Shown in pieces: positions 59,705-64,000 of a stretch of 64,000 nucleotides of DNA; positions within the stretch are counted from its first letter, which is position 1, and every line of letters begins with the position of its first letter. Origin of the DNA: Pyrodictiaceae archaeon (GTDB lineage: Archaea > Thermoproteota > Thermoprotei_A > Sulfolobales > Pyrodictiaceae). The translations under genes and the position numbers were made by a program. The notes under the pieces were generated by a model that ran no database searches, was not told where the DNA came from, and saw only the letters and a program-made list of their open reading frames with translations. Location: the NCBI GenBank assembly GCA_027036135.1, contig JALVSY010000007.1, positions 1,060,880 through 1,124,879 on the forward strand. Direction: 5' to 3'.

Positions 59705-60502
59705 ATGCCTAGGCTGTTTCCGTGGAGCATTGTCTATGTCGTAGCGTTTTTCGCTCAGCTCCACCTCCTTGTCCCCGGGTGTCCTGTGTTGGCTCGCTTT
59801 GATGTAATAGTGTTTGATGTCTGGGGTACTCTCCTGAGACTCGAGCCCATGTGGGGATTTATTGCTGAGGGCCTTGCCTCTGTGCTTAACAAGCCCGTTA
59901 ACGCGACGCGGGCAGCTATTGAGCGGGTCCGTGGCGTTGTTAAGAACCGTGTAGGCTTCATCGCCGAGGACCATGTATCTTACTCGGTGAGGCTTCTTGC
60001 CGAGGAGCTTGGCTCGTCCCCGAGTATTGTTCGCCGCGGCATCGCCCGCGGCGTACTAGGGGCCTTAGGGCATGTCAATGAGCTGGTCTACGACGATGCT
60101 ATGCGGGGCCTCGAGGAGGCTAGGAGGCTTGCGCGCTTCGTAGGCGTTGTTGGTAACGCGTTGCTGTGGCCCAGTAGCTATACGAGGCTACTCCTAGAGA
60201 AGAGCAAGCTCTCCTACTACATCGATGCACAGGTCTACGGCGACGAGGCTAGCTGCTACAAGCCAAGCCCATGTATATGGGCAAGGCTATTCGAGGAACT
60301 AGGGCTGAGTAGCCCGAGCTGCGTCCACATAGGGGACTCGGTTAGGGAGGACATAGGCGGCGCAATAGCTACAGGCTGTAAAGCAGTACTCATTAAACGA
60401 GTAGCTAGTAAGGACATTGAGTCCTCTGGCCTAATAGGGCTAACAATAATTAGGTCTCTGAATATACTCTCCAAGGTTCTCATACCGGAAACCAATACTT
60501 GA
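59705..60502 (+). CDS. HAD-family hydrolase
   Basis: FDVWGTL, KP, HIGDSVREDIGGA; probable start is the TTG near 59789. Confidence 0.9.
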   Translation: MPRLFPWSIVYVVAFFAQLHLLVPGCPVLARFDVIVFDVWGTLLRLEPMWGFIAEGLASVLNKPVNATRAAIERVRGVVKNRVGFIAEDHVSYSVRLLAEELGSSPSIVRRGIARGVLGALGHVNELVYDDAMRGLEEARRLARFVGVVGNALLWPSSYTRLLLEKSKLSYYIDAQVYGDEASCYKPSPCIWARLFEELGLSSPSCVHIGDSVREDIGGAIATGCKAVLIKRVASKDIESSGLIGLTIIRSLNILSKVLIPETNT

Positions 60503-60725
60503 ATGAAATAAGCTTATATATGATATTTAGTATAATACACTATATAGTATTATGTTTTTTATACTTTTTCTTTCTCCCAACTATTGGACACAATGAGAAA
60601 ACTATTTTAGTTCGGGGAAAAGAGGACTGTACAACTTATTATGCAAAATATCTATACTATAGTATATTGTTAGAGTAAGGGTTTAAACTATTCCAGAACA
60701 CCTTCTATAGCCTGGGTGCCTAGGC

Positions 60726-61259
60726 GTGTGTGCCACCGAGATTAAGTATGAAAGAGGCCGAATAACCATCGGTGAGGGCGTGGAGCGCTACATACTGATA
60801 CCAATGAGGGCCTACACCGAGATAATAAACTCCCTGGTAAGGCTTGTAGGCGATGCTGCTGGTGCCCCGCTCTACATGCTGGGCAAGGGCATTGGCCACG
60901 GCTTGGCGGAGGAGCTTAGGTACCGGATGAAGGGGAAGGAGGCAAGCGTAGAGGAGTTTGTGAAGGTCTATGCCGGGTACCTGGAGGAGCTAGGCTTCGG
61001 GAGAATAGAGGTCAAGGAGTTCACCGGCGACTCCGCGACCATCTACATGTATGAGCCCCCGAGCATGGCTGGGATAAAGCTGGTAAACGGGGAGGCCAGG
61101 ACGTGGCTCGATAAGGGCAGGAAGATATGTCACCTAGAGGCAGGAATGATGGCGGCGGCTTTCGAGGACTATCTTGGCGGCAAGTACAGGGGCATGGAGG
61201 TAGAGCACGGGAGCACCGATAACCCGTACTGCGTCATAAAGGTCGTTAAGCAGGGCTAG
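60726..61259 (+). CDS. V4R-domain protein
   Basis: LGFGRIE, ICHLEAG, EVEH...YC. Confidence 0.8.
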   Translation: MCATEIKYERGRITIGEGVERYILIPMRAYTEIINSLVRLVGDAAGAPLYMLGKGIGHGLAEELRYRMKGKEASVEEFVKVYAGYLEELGFGRIEVKEFTGDSATIYMYEPPSMAGIKLVNGEARTWLDKGRKICHLEAGMMAAAFEDYLGGKYRGMEVEHGSTDNPYCVIKVVKQG

Positions 61260-62125
61260 CCCCGGGCCTGGTCCAGGGCCTTCTCGTAGAGCTTTTTCAC
61301 GAGTAGCTGAAGGTCACTTGTCTCGAGGCCTGCTACCTCGAGCCTCTTCTCCAGCGCTACCTCCATGTTCCCGAGCACTACCTCGTCTAGTCTTACCCCT
61401 CTCAGGGTATTGAATACGCTATAGATCTCTGTTGGTGGCGCTGAGTAGAAGATGCCGCTAAGCCAGTACCCGGTGATGTAGCCATCTGTTATCTCTAGGC
61501 TGGCTCTCAGCCAGTAGGAGCCTCGTTCAACCATGGCCTCTACATTGGTGGCTCGGTAGCGATAAAGCCTCCACGAATCCTGGTCGAAGAGCCTTGCCCG
61601 CGCCTCTATGTCGCTTCTCAGCGGCCTTACCCGGGCCCGGCGCGCCCCCCGTAGGAGCTCCTCAATGCACTCCCCGGGATCGCCCTGGCCATCAACTATC
61701 TCTATGAACGCGGTATCGCCTAGCACTGTTGCGCCGTGGCCCCGGCTCCTCATGCATTGCGCCAAGACCATCATAGCGGAGACTGCGTCGCGGAGGCCAC
61801 GGGTGTCAGGGAGAGCTAGTGCAAGGTAGTAGCGGCCCGGGCCAGCCTCGGCTCTAGGGCCACCCGTTATCCGCCTAGCAACCCGTTCCCCGGTCTCGCT
61901 CTCTAGCGCCTCGTAGATGCCATAAACGGTGCAGCTACGGGGCCACTCGGCATAGGCCACATAGGCTTCTTTGCTGCGAAGAGCATAGTCTAGGCCGAGC
62001 TCCCCTAAGCCAAGGATATCTGAGCACGTAGAGAGGCCTGGTGGGGGCTCGAGGACGAATAAGCGTGGAGCAGTTGCTGGCAAGACAAAGATACCCAGGA
62101 AAAGGGAGGAATAAGGATTATCCAC
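61256..62125 (-). CDS. Degenerate lipoate-protein ligase-like protein
   Basis: ARRITGG and an LplA-like C-terminal domain (SGIFYSAPP...LRG). Confidence 0.55.
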   Translation of the reverse strand: MDNPYSSLFLGIFVLPATAPRLFVLEPPPGLSTCSDILGLGELGLDYALRSKEAYVAYAEWPRSCTVYGIYEALESETGERVARRITGGPRAEAGPGRYYLALALPDTRGLRDAVSAMMVLAQCMRSRGHGATVLGDTAFIEIVDGQGDPGECIEELLRGARRARVRPLRSDIEARARLFDQDSWRLYRYRATNVEAMVERGSYWLRASLEITDGYITGYWLSGIFYSAPPTEIYSVFNTLRGVRLDEVVLGNMEVALEKRLEVAGLETSDLQLLVKKLYEKALDQARG

Positions 62126-62856
62126 TTATATTTTGGGCTTCCTCTCGGCGACAACGCTCAAGCTCGTACTCCTTCTCCCCCTGGAGCCTGCCCAGCTCCT
62201 CCCGGAGCCGGTGAAGCCCGTAGAGAAGCACCAATATACCCACAAGTGCTAGTAGGCCTCCTCCCCTTTACCTGGAATACTTGTAGGGCGTAGCCGATAA
62301 TCCAGATAACTAGCCCTATCTTGAGCACGTCTCCACCATACGGGGGATACGCGTCTCCCAGTCTCCAGAGAGCTATGAGGACCATGATGCCGCCTATTAG
62401 CGAGATAAGCGAGACAAGAACAATGTACACTAGTAGTCTGATAAAGGCCGAGGAGACCTCCTCTGCGCTTGCTCCCTTAAGGACGTTAGCTAAGTGGTTG
62501 CCTGCGCCTATGAGCACTATGCCGCTAAGAATGTTTCCAATGCCCTGGATGATTGTACCGGTTACGCCGATGCCGTAGTCCTGGCTAGCCATTGCTAGTA
62601 ACCTGAATCCCTTATACATTATTGGCACCACTATAGCCGCTATAATGAGGTCAATTATTCCTGTACCGATAAGGAGGGTTGCTACAGCGCTGCTTGGCCC
62701 ACTACTAGCTGCGGAAAGAGTAGCAGCGACTAGGAATGGTATTGAAATGAATCCGAGAATGAGCGAGACGAGATAGGCCTTAAACAAGTAATTGGTGCCC
62801 TCTCTTTCCATACTTACCCTCTTAAGCTCCTCTTCTATGTATTTGCAGTGAGGCAT
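62118..62856 (-). pseudogene. DUF973/DUF996-like membrane protein, frameshifted near 62265
   Basis: Removing one base from the C4 run restores a final TM helix GGLLALVGILVLLYGL and a stop at 62118. Confidence 0.6.
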
Positions 62857-62959
62857 TGTGTAGACCTCCTAGAGAATATATACAATGTTAACATATATAA
62901 GTATCGTCCTACCCATAAATACTAATTTGTTACGAGCAAAAGGAGACAGGTAAAGGGCC

Positions 62960-63319
62960 TTAGTCCTCCTCGTATAGTACTATCCAGTATTTTGAGGCAC
63001 CTCTTAGTACAATACTTTTCCTTAGCCTGTCTCTAAGCTCTCGTGGCGTAAGCGCTACGGAGTTCGCATCAATGTCTTTGTCCCATAGCCTGTAGAGCAG
63101 TGATAACCTCTCTGTGTAGTTTACTCCTTCCCAGTCACTAGATACTATTACCAAGTCTAGGTCACTGCTTGAGGAGAAATCGCCTCTCGCATAGCTACCG
63201 AAAAGCGTCACAGCATCAACTCTTATCCCATGCTCCCCGAGCTCCAGCACTAGCTCCTTAGCCCATTCACGGGCTTTGGCCAAGAATTCTCTCCAACGTT
63301 TCTCGCGCAGCCTTAACAA
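62960..63319 (-). CDS. Minimal nucleotidyltransferase (MNT) antitoxin
   Basis: LFGSYARGD...SDLDL. Confidence 0.9.
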   Translation of the reverse strand: MLRLREKRWREFLAKAREWAKELVLELGEHGIRVDAVTLFGSYARGDFSSSSDLDLVIVSSDWEGVNYTERLSLLYRLWDKDIDANSVALTPRELRDRLRKSIVLRGASKYWIVLYEED

Positions 63320-63682
63320 CTCTCTCAGCGATAGCCACTGCTCTTCTCGCTGTTCTCTCGCTAATCACTTCATCGTGTACTCCCTCTACTATGTCTAGTA
63401 CCTCGGGAGGTAATAGAACTGTGTAAGCTCATAGGCTTCCTCGAGCTCCTCATCGCTTAGGCCAAGGTTGCTTCCAAGTTCCTGGAAGAGCCTCCTAATG
63501 CTCCGGGTCTCTGGGAAATCACCCTTCGTTGCGAGAAGCACTGCTTTAAGCGCCTTCTCGGCGGCTTGCTGGGACCAAAACGTCGCAGCCCCTTTGTCTC
63601 CCTCTTCTAGGCTACTCTTAGCCCTCTTTAGGTCTCGTTCAGCGACACCTAGCCACCATAGTGCCTGCTCCCTTATCTTCAA
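63267..63682 (-). pseudogene. HEPN-domain protein, frameshifted
   Basis: QQAAEKALKA...PRY* and continuation DIVEGVHDEVISERTAREAV in another frame. Confidence 0.8.
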
Positions 63683-63867
63683 CGAGGCTACACCAGGCCA
63701 TCAGAGAGTACAGCCAGGGACCTTCTCTGAGCCCGTAAAGCTGGTATAGAGATACTTTGTATGCATCCTTACCCCTTTATGGCAAGAAGTAATTAGCTGG
63801 TATCAGTGTACCCACAATGTGCTTGGTGGAATAAGTGGAGAGTCGGGAAAAGGGTAAGAGGAGACCA

Positions 63868-64000
63868 ATGTTCGCTACTGGCGAGGTGGTCGGGGACTAT
63901 GAGCCCCTCTACCTTTACTGGGAGGAGGCTGGTCAGCGGGCGGCTGAGAGCGTGCTAACTACAGAGGACTTCGAGGAGCTGCGCAGAATAGTTGTTGGCG
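63868..64000 (+). CDS. Hypothetical protein (runs off the window)
   Basis: GAGGAG RBS, ATG, open to the window end. Confidence 0.4.
   Translation, partial: MFATGEVVGDYEPLYLYWEEAGQRAAESVLTTEDFEELRRIVVG

Noticed and set aside
61912-61928. Partial match GTAGATGCCAT to the 21-bp operator
   Set aside because: Inside a CDS, outer arms missing and no TATA box adjacent; isolated GGTGTAG hits elsewhere are RBS-like

Overview
This is a gene-dense chromosomal window from a hyperthermophilic crenarchaeon. Gene content and the CRISPR repeat type suggest Desulfurococcales, possibly Pyrodictiaceae (inference). Core genes include purE/purP/purA, a GlmU-like nucleotidyltransferase, a LysX-like ligase, ppcA, pyrH, endonuclease IV, trmI and a split glutamate synthase. 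Accessory content includes a scattered MoxR/DUF58/vWA system, an orphan 5-repeat CRISPR array (28456-28760), a solo Cas4-like nuclease, a Liv-type ABC cluster whose two acyl-CoA ligases are both broken, and a toxin-antitoxin cluster around a degenerate tRNA-Arg 3' half in which every toxin gene is disrupted. Three signals are not explained by the ORF track. (1) A 21-bp palindrome, GGTGTAGATGnCATCTACACC, occurs three times (17167, 25038, 49835), each 4 bp from a TATA box; it links a membrane protein, an ABC exporter operon and a beta-lactamase-fold hydrolase to an adjacent wHTH regulator, making a candidate undescribed regulon. (2) There are three candidate C/D-box sRNAs, one next to trmI with tRNA-complementary guides. 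(3) A low-GC secreted pro-protein with a Cys-rich C-terminus is followed by a frameshifted membrane partner, a candidate archaeocin/immunity pair. All assignments come from motif recognition by eye; no database searches were run.
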